From assembly GCA_963827655.1 (NCBI GenBank), contig CAWHCF010000047.1, positions 46,111 through 110,110 on the forward strand: 64,000 nt of DNA, written 5' to 3'. Source of the stretch: an uncultured Acidobacteriota bacterium (lineage in GTDB: Bacteria > Acidobacteriota > UBA6911). How positions within the stretch are numbered: position 1 is the stretch's first letter; every line of letters starts with the position of its first letter. The notes beneath the pieces were generated by a model. It saw nothing but the letters and a program-made list of their open reading frames with translations. It ran no database searches and was not told the origin of the DNA. The position numbers and the translations under genes were made by a program. This document shows, one piece after another, positions 9,335 to 20,100 of this stretch.

Positions 9335-9802
9335 ATGGGTAAGAATCAGTCGCGCAAGTTGAGCCAGGTCTTAGAGCGCTTCTCGCACAACGTCACCCAG
9401 TGGGCCGGCAGTTCCATGGCTTTTAGCGCCGCTCTGGCGGTGATCGTGGTCTGGGCGGTTACGGGACCAATCTTCGGGTTCTCCGACACCTGGCAGCTTG
9501 TCATCAACACAGGGACGACAATTGTCACGTTCCTGATGGTCTTTCTGATACAGCGCACCCAAAACAAAGAATCCAGGGCCATCCACGTAAAGCTCAACGA
9601 AATCGTAGCCGCGCTGGAAGGGGCCAGTAATCGCTTGATCGACGTCGAAGATTTGACGGAGGACGAGATCGAGACTCTTCACCAGCATTACCGCAGACTG
9701 GTTGCGATGGCCAAAAAGGACTCGTCCTTGACCAAATCTCACTCCATTGAAGAGGCAGAAACGCGGCATCGCTCCAAGATCGAGAAGAGACCTGCCGGTT
9801 GA
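9335..9802 (+). CDS. Low-affinity iron permease family protein
   Basis: FSDTWQLVINTGTTIVTFLMVFLIQRTQN signature. Confidence 0.92.
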   Translation: MGKNQSRKLSQVLERFSHNVTQWAGSSMAFSAALAVIVVWAVTGPIFGFSDTWQLVINTGTTIVTFLMVFLIQRTQNKESRAIHVKLNEIVAALEGASNRLIDVEDLTEDEIETLHQHYRRLVAMAKKDSSLTKSHSIEEAETRHRSKIEKRPAG

Positions 9803-9835
9803 CCACTTTCGGTCTTCGCGCTAAAAAAACGAAGG

Positions 9836-12800
9836 CTACGATGACCGCGAAGACGCCAGGACCCGATCGTTCCGCTTCGCCAGCAGTCTCCAGGGAAGCT
9901 CCAGAATTATGAAGCTCAGGAGCGCGATCAGCTCCAGGGACAAGATGTACCAGGGCCAGGGCCCCAGGTAGTCGATCAAGGAAGGCTGCGAAGGCGGGTG
10001 CCGCAGATAGCCGTAGTTCCAGCCGAAGGCCAGGTCGAGCGCGCCCACAGCCAGCGCATACAAATTGACCGCGAGAAGCATGCGAGGAACGCTGGCGGCG
10101 CGGGGTCGAAGTTTGCGGACCGCGATCAGATAAACGATCGCCAGCAGAATGGTTCCGTGAGACCAAAAGAATTGGATGAAATCCCAGGATGGGAAACCTA
10201 GCCCGAGGTCAGGCGTAACGACCGCGTGCAGGGTTCCGCCCAGCCCCCAGAAATAAGCAATTTCAAAGGCAAGACGATCAGGCCTGAAAAGCGCGATGAT
10301 GCAAGCCAGCAAGACGCAGTGGCATAGTTCGAGCGGAAGTGAGTTCTCCCAGCTCAGTTCGCCTGCCAGCCCTTTTTGCATGTAAGCCGCTACGACATAG
10401 GCTGCAAGCGAGACGCCAAGAGCTCTACCCAGCCCGTCCCTCTGCGCGGGGGAAAACCGCTCCGCGGACCACGCGATGAGGCCGCACAGCCCCACGATGA
10501 TCCCCAGTGTGACCAGGTGTTCGACGCTGAACGGTTCGAAGCTAGCCGGCTCTGGCACGTCAATCGTCAATAAATCGTCAATCGTCAATCGTAAATCGTC
10601 AATTGCGCGGCCTGTATTCAGGTGATCGAAATTCAAAATTGCATTGAAGACCAGGAAGTAGGTCCCCTGGGTTTGACCGCGCCAGATTGGATTGATCGAA
10701 AACAGGAGCACATGACCGCGCTCAACGGGCACATCGATTACGGCTGGATGCTGCGCGATCTCGCTGCCGGCTTCGAGGAGCCCCGAGATGAGCAGGTCCT
10801 TGGCTTCGGCATAGCGCAGCACGATACGCGGCCGGTACTCGGGAGGAATGACGTAGATCCCGTTGCGCTTTTGCTCGTCGGTGAGCGGAAGCGCCTCCCA
10901 CGGCTCCGCCTCGGGTTCTTCGGGAAGCTCACCGGCGCGCCGGTCCTGCGGAGTATCAGGATCATCTGCCGTGCCCCGTCCGGTCGGCCGCTCACGTTCC
11001 TCGGGCCGCCTTCGCCCGGCCCTGCCGCCGGCCATGTTGCTGATATTGAAGATTGGACCGTCGAAGCAATAAACGGACATCGAGTCCCCATAGCCGTAAG
11101 CGATCGGACTCGCTCGATCGACGAACTTCGAGCGCAGCACACTTCCGGCCACTTTCAGACGTTGCGGGCGGGCGATCTGGACCCCGGGTGTGAACCCGTA
11201 GGCGACGGCCAGATCGGCGGTGTCCATCACCCCTATAAGAAGGCCTCCCTGGCGAACGAAATTCTGTAGATTCTCGAGTCCCCGCCAACCCAGGCCCGGT
11301 CTTATATCGTCAGTGGCATCGATCTTTCCGAGGTTTGGAGTTTCAGGGGTTGTCTTCCAGGGGAGCGGGTTTCCCCACATCGGCATGCCTGCGACAATCG
11401 CCTGCGGTCCGCCCCGGCCGACCGGTGGAAAGAGAATGACGTCATACTTCGAAACCAGCGACTCGTCTTTCGCGACATCTTGAGTACTCAAGTACTGGTA
11501 CGGGATTTTCAGTTGATCGAAGGCCAGGCGCCACCATCCCTCATTTTGCGTGCTCAACCAGGAGTGCAGGATTGCAATACGCGCCGCCTTGACCGGATGC
11601 GTTTTCGCCGCGGGAGCGGCATTCAACGCCCGGATTCTCAGGCCCAGCTCGGACGCAGCGCGCTCAATTTCGGCGGCTTGGACGTTACGAACCAGAAAAG
11701 AACCTCGTGAGAATTTCTCCCCGTCAGCCTCGAACGGCTCCTCGACAGCCTCGAACGCCGCATCCTTAAAACGATAGCGCAACGTCATGAGCGCATTATC
11801 GGCATTATGATTCACGGCAAATACCGATCCGCTGCCTTTCAGGCTGCCCGGCGCGCGCACCTCGCCGGAGACCCTTTCCATCGGAGTCTCCAGAATGTTG
11901 GCGCCGGTTACCCGCACCACTTGCGCACCGAACAGCTCCCCCAGAGTCCAGCCCGTATCGTCATAGGGATTCTTCTGGGGATCGTTGGGGCTCCAGTACT
12001 GAGTATCGAGCAGCGCGTCAGCTACCCTGCTGTAAGGTTGATCCATCCGCACGATGTAACTGCCGGCCGCGAACTGACGCGTTTCGGGAGTGGATTCCTT
12101 TCTGACTTCGCCTGCCGCGCCGTCGCTCGACGACCTCCGGGGCTTCTTCTTCGGTTCCAAGGTCACGGAAAACTGGCCGGTGGCCCTGGAAATCTCGCAT
12201 CCCTGGAGCTGGATCAGCCGAAGAAGCTCGGCCTGGCCGCCGGGTCGCGGATCGTCGGCCGGAAAGATATAGGCGGATGGTCCCGCCTCTTTCGGCTTCA
12301 GGATCGAACGCTTGCTCTTGAGATAGAAGTTGCGCAAGAAGAGTTTTGAATTGGCTGCGAAGTGAGACAGCGACACCAGTAATCCCGTCTGCTGGTAGTT
12401 ATTGTTGTTGCGCTGCGACCATCTGGCTTTGGGCAACGGCGGGTTCTGGCGGTACCAGGTTCTTGCATACTGCTGGGGTTCCAGGGTGCGTTCCAGCGTA
12501 TCAGCGCCGCCATTACCAAACGTCTCATAGAGCCGGCTGATTCCGTTGTGAGTGGCCGCAAGAAACATGAGGTAGCCCGGCGACCATGTGTCGAAGGTGC
12601 CGTGGGCAAAGACGCCCGGCATGCCAAACTTGGTCATCTCCGAGACGTTGTGCCAGCCGATCATCTGCCATTCGTCGGCCAGGATAGGATCAATCCACGC
12701 ATTGTAGGGGCCGTCGCCAATGGTGTTGTCGTACAGGTAGGGTACGGATTCGTGCAGGTCATGCAGGACCTGAGCTTTCCAGTGGAGAAAAGTCTTCAAC

Positions 12801-13597
12801 ACATTCTGGGTGAGCTTAAGGGATAGACCAATGGCGTCGCGGTTGTTATCGTGCCCGACATACTTTCCCCAGTAGACCAGCGGCGGCCAGTTCAGGTCTG
12901 GATTGGCCAGGTGCCAGTTGTAGATATCGACCTGGCGGTCGCGTCCGTCCACTTCGACAATGGGAGTGATCAACGTGATCATGCCGTCGCGGATTGACTT
13001 GACGTAGGGACTGTCGTCTACGGCCAGACGGTAGGCTAGCTCCATAAGAGCCGTCGGCGATCCGGTCTCAGGTGAGTGTATCGCGCCGGTGATGTAGTAC
13101 ACCGGCACCGAATCAGCCAGAATCCGCTCGGCCTCACCGTCGTTCATGTTGATCGTGCGCGGATCGGCAAGCCGTGCGAGACGTTCGCGATTCTCCTGGA
13201 GGCGTGCCAGAAGTTGCTCCGACGCGACCGCGACCGCGATCATCTCGCGCCCTTCTTCGGTTGAGCCGATTGAATAGACCTTCACTCGAGGGCTCGCCTT
13301 TTCGAGCATCCGCATGTAACGGTACACGTCGGCTGAGTAAGGCAGTTTCCCAGGAGCGCCGGCAATGTCCCCAAGCACAGCCCTCGGTGTGGGCACGCTC
13401 TTCGATGCCGGAAGATAGTCGACCAGAGGCGAGCTGAAGAAGGGCTCGGTCGTATACTCACGGATCTTGTTCGTATACTCTTCGTCGATCGGCTGCGACG
13501 GGTGACGTCCGGGTCGTGGCGGGTCGGCGGCGACCAGCGCGGTGGCGAAGCAGAGAGCGGTCAAAGCGATGGGTCGCGTCATTTCAGAGAAGGTCAT
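9836..13597 (-). CDS. M14 zinc carboxypeptidase-family protein fused in frame to a YwaF-like (TIGR02206) integral membrane domain
   Basis: Signal peptide, HSPE, HDNNRD, HDLHE zinc motifs; after the linker AIDDLRLTIDDLLTID: LPLELC, FFWSHG, NYGYL, LGPWPWY; possible own GTG start at 10558. Confidence 0.85.
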   Translation of the reverse strand: MTFSEMTRPIALTALCFATALVAADPPRPGRHPSQPIDEEYTNKIREYTTEPFFSSPLVDYLPASKSVPTPRAVLGDIAGAPGKLPYSADVYRYMRMLEKASPRVKVYSIGSTEEGREMIAVAVASEQLLARLQENRERLARLADPRTINMNDGEAERILADSVPVYYITGAIHSPETGSPTALMELAYRLAVDDSPYVKSIRDGMITLITPIVEVDGRDRQVDIYNWHLANPDLNWPPLVYWGKYVGHDNNRDAIGLSLKLTQNVLKTFLHWKAQVLHDLHESVPYLYDNTIGDGPYNAWIDPILADEWQMIGWHNVSEMTKFGMPGVFAHGTFDTWSPGYLMFLAATHNGISRLYETFGNGGADTLERTLEPQQYARTWYRQNPPLPKARWSQRNNNNYQQTGLLVSLSHFAANSKLFLRNFYLKSKRSILKPKEAGPSAYIFPADDPRPGGQAELLRLIQLQGCEISRATGQFSVTLEPKKKPRRSSSDGAAGEVRKESTPETRQFAAGSYIVRMDQPYSRVADALLDTQYWSPNDPQKNPYDDTGWTLGELFGAQVVRVTGANILETPMERVSGEVRAPGSLKGSGSVFAVNHNADNALMTLRYRFKDAAFEAVEEPFEADGEKFSRGSFLVRNVQAAEIERAASELGLRIRALNAAPAAKTHPVKAARIAILHSWLSTQNEGWWRLAFDQLKIPYQYLSTQDVAKDESLVSKYDVILFPPVGRGGPQAIVAGMPMWGNPLPWKTTPETPNLGKIDATDDIRPGLGWRGLENLQNFVRQGGLLIGVMDTADLAVAYGFTPGVQIARPQRLKVAGSVLRSKFVDRASPIAYGYGDSMSVYCFDGPIFNISNMAGGRAGRRRPEERERPTGRGTADDPDTPQDRRAGELPEEPEAEPWEALPLTDEQKRNGIYVIPPEYRPRIVLRYAEAKDLLISGLLEAGSEIAQHPAVIDVPVERGHVLLFSINPIWRGQTQGTYFLVFNAILNFDHLNTGRAIDDLRLTIDDLLTIDVPEPASFEPFSVEHLVTLGIIVGLCGLIAWSAERFSPAQRDGLGRALGVSLAAYVVAAYMQKGLAGELSWENSLPLELCHCVLLACIIALFRPDRLAFEIAYFWGLGGTLHAVVTPDLGLGFPSWDFIQFFWSHGTILLAIVYLIAVRKLRPRAASVPRMLLAVNLYALAVGALDLAFGWNYGYLRHPPSQPSLIDYLGPWPWYILSLELIALLSFIILELPWRLLAKRNDRVLASSRSS
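10559..10603. repeat. Heptamer GACGATT array forming the inter-domain linker
   Basis: gtcaatcgtcaataaatcgtcaatcgtcaatcgtaaatcgtcaat. Confidence 0.93.
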
Positions 13598-13779
13598 GCC
13601 TGTCCTCCGGTCTCGATTGCGGATTTCGGATTGTAAAAGGGGCGTTAGCAGACGTTAATTAAATCCGAAGCCGGCATCCGGATATTCTACACCGGAGGCC
13701 GAAGATTCGTGACATTCGCGCCTGGCCCGGCTGTCAGAAGTTGTGAAGAGATTCAGCCGAATGGACGCTCGGATTGACA

Positions 13780-13936
13780 CTTTCCGAAGCCTTATGTGCC
13801 GACGGGTCCGATCAGACCCGTCGCAAGTAACGTGATCAGTGAGACTTGAGCCTTAAAAAGTTCATTTGTGCTACCAGGTGGGCCGGACGGGCTTGATAGC
13901 CCGTCCGCACATGTATCGGGTTTTTGCGACAGTCTC
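13780..13936 (+). mobile_element. REPIN/MITE-like double-hairpin element, family B copy 1
   Basis: Hairpins GACGGGTC-cgatca-GACCCGTC and CGGACGGGCT-tgat-AGCCCGTCCG; inverted homologous copy at 59401-59566. Confidence 0.75.
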
Positions 13937-14069
13937 ATCAGACCGTGCCTTTCACGTCAGTTGATCTGCCGATCAATCGCGTAAAGAGATCGCTGAGAAG
14001 AACTTTCGAGAAGCATACCGGCTACTGTCTCGATCTCAGATCTTGTTGCAACCCCTCCCGAGTATCGGC

Positions 14070-14078
14070 TGCTATAAT
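14070..14078 (+). promoter_or_regulatory. Extended -10 element upstream of the glucan synthase
   Basis: TGcTATAAT about 75 nt before TTG 14154. Confidence 0.45.
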
Positions 14079-14153
14079 CGTAGAGCCTTCGCGTCTCGGC
14101 GGTGAGCGGGCAACAAGGGCCGCGAAACGCGGGGAAACACCGAGGGATTTGCG

Positions 14154-17100
14154 TTGAAGAATAGCCATTCCTCCGTCGTTATTCTCGGAGAACTCGAGGA
14201 GCCGATCCGCGCCGAACTCTTCAGCGTCGAACGACTCGAGCAGCACGCCGAGAGCCTGGCCGCCGCGCAGCATGTCACCCCCGACCCGCGCAAAGGCCGC
14301 CCGCTCGCGGGGCGTGTCCGGGAAAACGGGCGGGTTTTGCTCGACTGTTATCGCGTGATCGCCGCGGCAATCCGCGAAGAGCGCGCCATCACCCCGGCTG
14401 CCGAATGGCTGGTAGATAACTTCCACATCGTGGATGAGCAGCTGCGCGAGATCCGCGAGGACCTGCCCCTGAGTTATTACCGCGAGCTGCCCAAGCTCGC
14501 CGGCGGACACCTGGAGGGATATCCGCGCGTTTATGGAATCGCCTGGGCATTCGTCGCCCACTCCGATAGCCGCTTCGATCCTGAAGCGCTGCGGCGCTTC
14601 GTCCGCGCCTACCAGCGCGTCCAGCCGTTGTCGATCGGAGAACTATGGGCGATCGCAATCAATCTCAGGGTGATGCTGGTGGAGAACCTGCGGCGCCTGG
14701 CGGAAGGCATCGTGGAGCGGCGCGCCGCGCGCCAGGAAGCCGACGCGCTGGCGGACAGGCTGCTCGGCCTGATCGACAAACCCGCCGAGCGCGCCGACGC
14801 GGTGCTGCGCAAGTATGAAGGTGAGGCGCTGTCAATGGCCTTTGCCGTGCAGCTGGTCCAGCGTTTGCGCGATCAGGATCCCGACGTGATTCCCGCTCTG
14901 CTTTGGCTGGACGAGCGTCTTGCGGAGAGCGGCACGACCGCCGACGAGATCGTGCGGCTTGAACATCAGCGGCAGGCGGCCATGAATGTAACGGTCCGCA
15001 ACATCATCACAAGCATGCGTGAGATGTCGGCGTTCGACTGGTCGGAGTTTTTCGAAAGCGTCAGCCTGGTCGATGAAATCCTCCGCGACGGCAGCGACTT
15101 TGCCGCGATGAACTTCGCCACACGCGACCGATACCGCCACGCCATCGAGGATCTGGCTCGAGGCTCGAAGCTGTCGGAACTCGAAATTGCGCGGCGCGCC
15201 GTCGAGCGGGCGCAGCGGGCCCGCCGAGACACCGGCCAGGCTCCCGACGCGCGTCGGGAAGACCCGGGCTATTACCTCATCTCGAAAGGGCGCGTGTCGT
15301 TTGAGAAAGAGACGGGGTTCCGAGTCTCATGGAGGCATCGGCTCATCCGGGCCTATGTCGGCATGGCGACGCCCGCCTACCTGGGAACGATCGCAATCTT
15401 GACCGGATTGATTCTGACGCTACCCCTTCTAACCGGCATCGAGCCCTGGTCAAGCCGTTCCGGTCTTCTCTTGTTCGCGTTTCTCGCGCTGATTCCCGCC
15501 TCGGAGCTGGCGATTGCGCTGGTGAATCGATTCCTGCTCGAGTTGTTCGCGCCCCGCCCGCTGCCGAAGCTGGAACTTCGCGACGGAATTCCGCCCGGTC
15601 TGCGGACGATGGTCGTAGTACCGACCATTTTCACGAGTGAAGCCCAGGCGCGCGAGTTGATAGAACGCCTGGAGGTTCATTATCTAGCCAACCCGCAAGG
15701 GGACCTCCGTTTCGCGCTTCTGTCGGACTGGGCGGATGCGCATAACGAGACCATGCCCGGGGACGAGGAGTTGCTTGCGGCGGCAATCGAGGGCATCGAG
15801 CAACTGAACCTGCATCACGGGCCTGCCCCGGAGGGAGGTGAGCGATTTCTGCTGTTTCATCGCAAGCGCGTCTGGAATGCGCGCGAGGGGAAGTGGATCG
15901 GTTGGGAGCGCAAGCGCGGGAAGTTGCACGAGCTTAACCGGCTGCTCCGGGGCGCCACCGACACGACCTTCCTTCCTGTCGGTGATCAGCCGGCCGAAGC
16001 ACCCTCCGGAGTCCGGTACGTGATCACGCTCGACTCCGACACGAAGTTTCCCAGGGAGACCGCCAGACGTCTGGTCTCAACAATGGCGCATCCCCTGAAT
16101 CGGCCGAGGTTTGATGCTCGCAGAGGGCGGGTGGTCGAAGGGTATGGCGTGATGCAGCCACGAGTCATGCCGGCTCTTCCCGGCGATCGAGAGGAATCCG
16201 TTTTCCACCTGATCTTCGCGGGCCCGTGCGGCGTCGATCCTTACGCCGCGGCGGTTTCTGACATCTACCAGGACCTCTTTGGAGAGGGAAGTTACACCGG
16301 CAAAGGAATCTATGATGTAGACGCGTTCGAGACCGCGCTGACGGGACGCGTGCCTGAGAACGCTTTGCTCAGCCACGATCTGTTCGAGGGACTCTTCGCG
16401 CGCGCCGGGCTGGTTACCGACATCGAGCTCTTCGAAGATTTTCCCTCCCACTACCAGCTCGCGGCGCTCCGCCAGCATCGCTGGGCTCGAGGCGACTGGC
16501 AATTGTTGCCCTGGATCTTTGGCCGGGCGTCCCGCTCGATCTCCTGGATCGGACGATGGAAGATGCTCGACAACCTGCGACGAAGTCTATTCGCTCCCGC
16601 CGCACTCCTCACCCTGATTGCCGGTTGGACGCTCCCGTTTGCTTCTTCGGCTGTCTGGACACACTTTATCGTGGGCACGATCGCTTTCCCCCCCCTTTTT
16701 CATTTCGTCACCGGGCTGCTGCCACCGCGCCGCGGAATCTCGAAGCGAAGTCACCTTCGCACCCTGATGACCGACCTTACGATCGCGGCTTCTCAGCTCG
16801 CCCTCACCGTGGCCTTTCTCGCTCACCAGGCATGGCTGATGGCCGATGCCATTCTGCGAACGCTCGCTCGCCTGTTCTGGACGCGCCGGAGACTGCTCGA
16901 GTGGGTCACGGCGGCGCGAGCCAAGGCCGGTCTTAGCCTGGACCTCGCCGCCTTTTATCGGCACATGGCCGCAGCCGTAGCAATCTCGGGAGGGGTGGCA
17001 ACAGTCGTGGCCCTGAATAGACTGGACGCCTGGCAAGAGGCAGCTCCGATGCTCCTGCTCTGGGCGTTCTCTCCCGCGGTGGCCCGCTGGGTGAGCCTTC

Positions 17101-20100
17101 CCCCGCGCCTGATAGGCCCCGAGCCCCTCTCGGACGCGGACGCGCGTGTCTTGCGACTCACCTCGCGCCAGACCTGGCGCTTCTTCGAAGTCTTTGCGGG
17201 TTCGGAAGACCACGGCTTGCCTCCGGACAATCTGCAGGAAGATCCCCGGCCGGTAGTGGCCCACCGGACCTCTCCTACCAATATTGGCCTGTATCTGCTC
17301 TCGATCTCGGCGGCCCGCGATTTCGGATGGGTCGGGACCGCGGAATGCGTCGATCGTCTCGACGCTACGCTCGCCACCATGGGAACGCTGGAGCGATTCC
17401 GGGGACATTTCTACAACTGGTACGAGACTCGAGATCTCAGGCCACTCGAGCCCAAATATGTTTCAACGGTCGACAGCGGGAACCTGGCAGGCCACCTGAT
17501 CACCCTGCAGAACGCCTGTCGGGAAATGATGGACCAGCCATTGCTGGGGCGCCGCGCTCTCTCGGGAATCGAGGATGCGCTCCTGCTCGTGCGCCAGGCC
17601 GAGTCCGCCATCAAGGACCATCACCGAACTCAAACCGTGACGCGCAAGGATTTGGACGATGCCCTGGAAGGACTCCACGAGCTTCTTGGCGCGCTCCCGG
17701 TGACACCGTCCGACTGGGCGGAGCGCTTCGCGCAACTGGAAACGCGGGCCAACACCCTGGTCGACATCGCGCGCACTCTGACGGAGGAACGGGGCGAGAG
17801 CGGGAATCTCGAGGTTTTGAACTGGGCCGAGGCTGCGCGAGCCTGCATCGCCAGCCATGGGCGCGACCTCGATCTGATGTTTCCGTGGGCAAAACTTCTC
17901 CGGGAAGGCGCCGGCCCCGAGTTGCCAGCGGAAGTCCGGCAAATGCTCGCTTCCGTGACCACGCCGGCCGAAACGCCCGATCACTGTGTGGCGGCCCTGC
18001 GCGAGCTGGAAGTTTTTCGCGAGCAAGTGGGCAACATGAATCCGGTGGGGGCCCGCGTTATCCCGTATCTCGACGAACTTGCGCGCGGCCTCGAAAACTC
18101 CGCCGCGGCCAGCAAGGTGCTCGCCCATCGGCTGGCAGCCCACGCCCGGCTCTGCGGAGAAATGGCCGACGCGATGGAGTTCGACTTTCTCTTTGACGAA
18201 GAGCGCAAGCTCTTTTCCATAGGCTTCCGCGTATCGGACGGCCGTCTCGACTCGGGGCATTACGACTTGCTGGCTTCGGAAGCCCGGCTGGCCAGTTTCA
18301 TCGCCATCGCCAAAGGCGACGTTCCTTCGTCTCACTGGTTCCAGCTTAGCCGTCCCTTGACGCCGGTCGGCAAGGGGTCAGCGCTGATCTCCTGGTCAGG
18401 GTCCATGTTTGAATACTTGATGCCCTTGTTAGTCATGCGCTCTCACACCCGCAGCATGCTGGATCAGACTTACCGGCTGGTAGTGCGACGCCAGATAAAG
18501 TATGGCGCCGAGCGGGGAGTCCCGTGGGGCGTGTCGGAATCAGCTTTCAGCGCGCGCGATCTGGCACTGACCTATCAGTACTCGAATTTCGGCGTACCAG
18601 GCCTCGGGCTCAAACGCGGCCTGAGCGAAGACATCGTCATTGCCCCCTATGCGACAGCGCTGGCAGCGATGGTCGATCCTGCAGCGGCGGTGCGCAACTT
18701 TACCCGGCTTGCCGAAGAGGGCGCCGCCGGACGGTATGGATTCTACGAAGCGCTGGATTACACGGCATCGCGGCTGCCAGAGGGGAAAAAGGTGGTCGTG
18801 GTGCGCGCTTATATGGCGCACCATCAGGGCATGTCGATCGTCGCAATCGCTAACGTGCTGCGCGATGGGGTGATGCGCGAGCGCTTTCATGCGGAGCCTA
18901 TGATTCAGGCAACGGAGCTGCTGCTTCAGGAAACCACGCCGCGAGGGGTTGCCGTTGCCAGGCCTCGGGCCGAAGAAGTGAAGGCCGCCGTCGATGTGCG
19001 CGATCTGGTGCCGCCGGTGCTGCGCCGCTTCAGATCTCCGCACGATCTGATTCCGCGTACCCATCTTCTTACCAACGGCCAGTATGTCGTCATGATGACT
19101 GCGGCCGGCTCGGGATACAGCCGCTGGCGCGACCTTGCGATCACGCGGTGGCGCGAGGACGTCACTCGTGATTGCTGGGGATCCTACGTCTTTCTGCGCG
19201 ATGCCGAAAGCGGCGAAGTCTGGTCTGCGGGATACCACCCGAGCGGCGCCGAACCGGATCACTATGAAGTGGTCTTTTCCGAGGATCGTGCGGAAATTCA
19301 CCGGAGGGATGGAGCGCTTTCTACAACACTCGAGGTGCTGGTCTCACCCGAAGATGATGCCGAAGTCCGGCGTGTGTCCATCAGGAACTTCGGGTCGCGC
19401 CCCCGCATCGTTGAGCTGACGTCGTACGCTGAGGTCGTGCTGGCGCCTCCGGCCGGCGACGCCGCGCACCCGGCGTTCTCGAATCTCTTTGTACAAACCG
19501 AGTTCGTTCCCGATCTTGCGGCATTGCTCGCTACGCGGCGCCCGCGTTCGCCCAGCGAGACGCGCGTCTGGGCGGGTCACGTAGTTATCGTCGAAGGGGA
19601 GACCCTTGCCGGCGTTCAATACGAGACCGATCGGGCCCGCTTTTTGGGCCGGGGCCGCGAAATACGCAATCCGGTTTCCGTGATAGACGGCAGGCCTCTC
19701 TCGAACACCGCAGGGTCCGTGCTCGATCCAATTCTGAGCCTCCGACGGCGGGTTCGGATTGCGCCCGGCTCCACGGCGCGAGTGGTCTTTTCGACTTTCA
19801 TCGCGCCGTCACGCGAGGTCGCGCTCGACCTGGCCGATAAATACAGGGATCTGGCGACGTTCGAACGGGCTGCCACGCTGGCCTGGACTCAGGCCCAGGT
19901 CCAGCTTCGTCATCTTCGCATCGGCACCGACGAAGCCCACCTCTTCCAGCGGATCGCCAATCGCATTCTCTACTCAGATCCATCATTGAGACCTTCGTCC
20001 GAAGTTCTCCGGCGCAATGAGCGCGGGCCCTCGGCCCTCTGGCAGCACGGAATCTCGGGCGACCTCCCGATTGTTCTGGTGCACATCGATGAGTCCGGCG

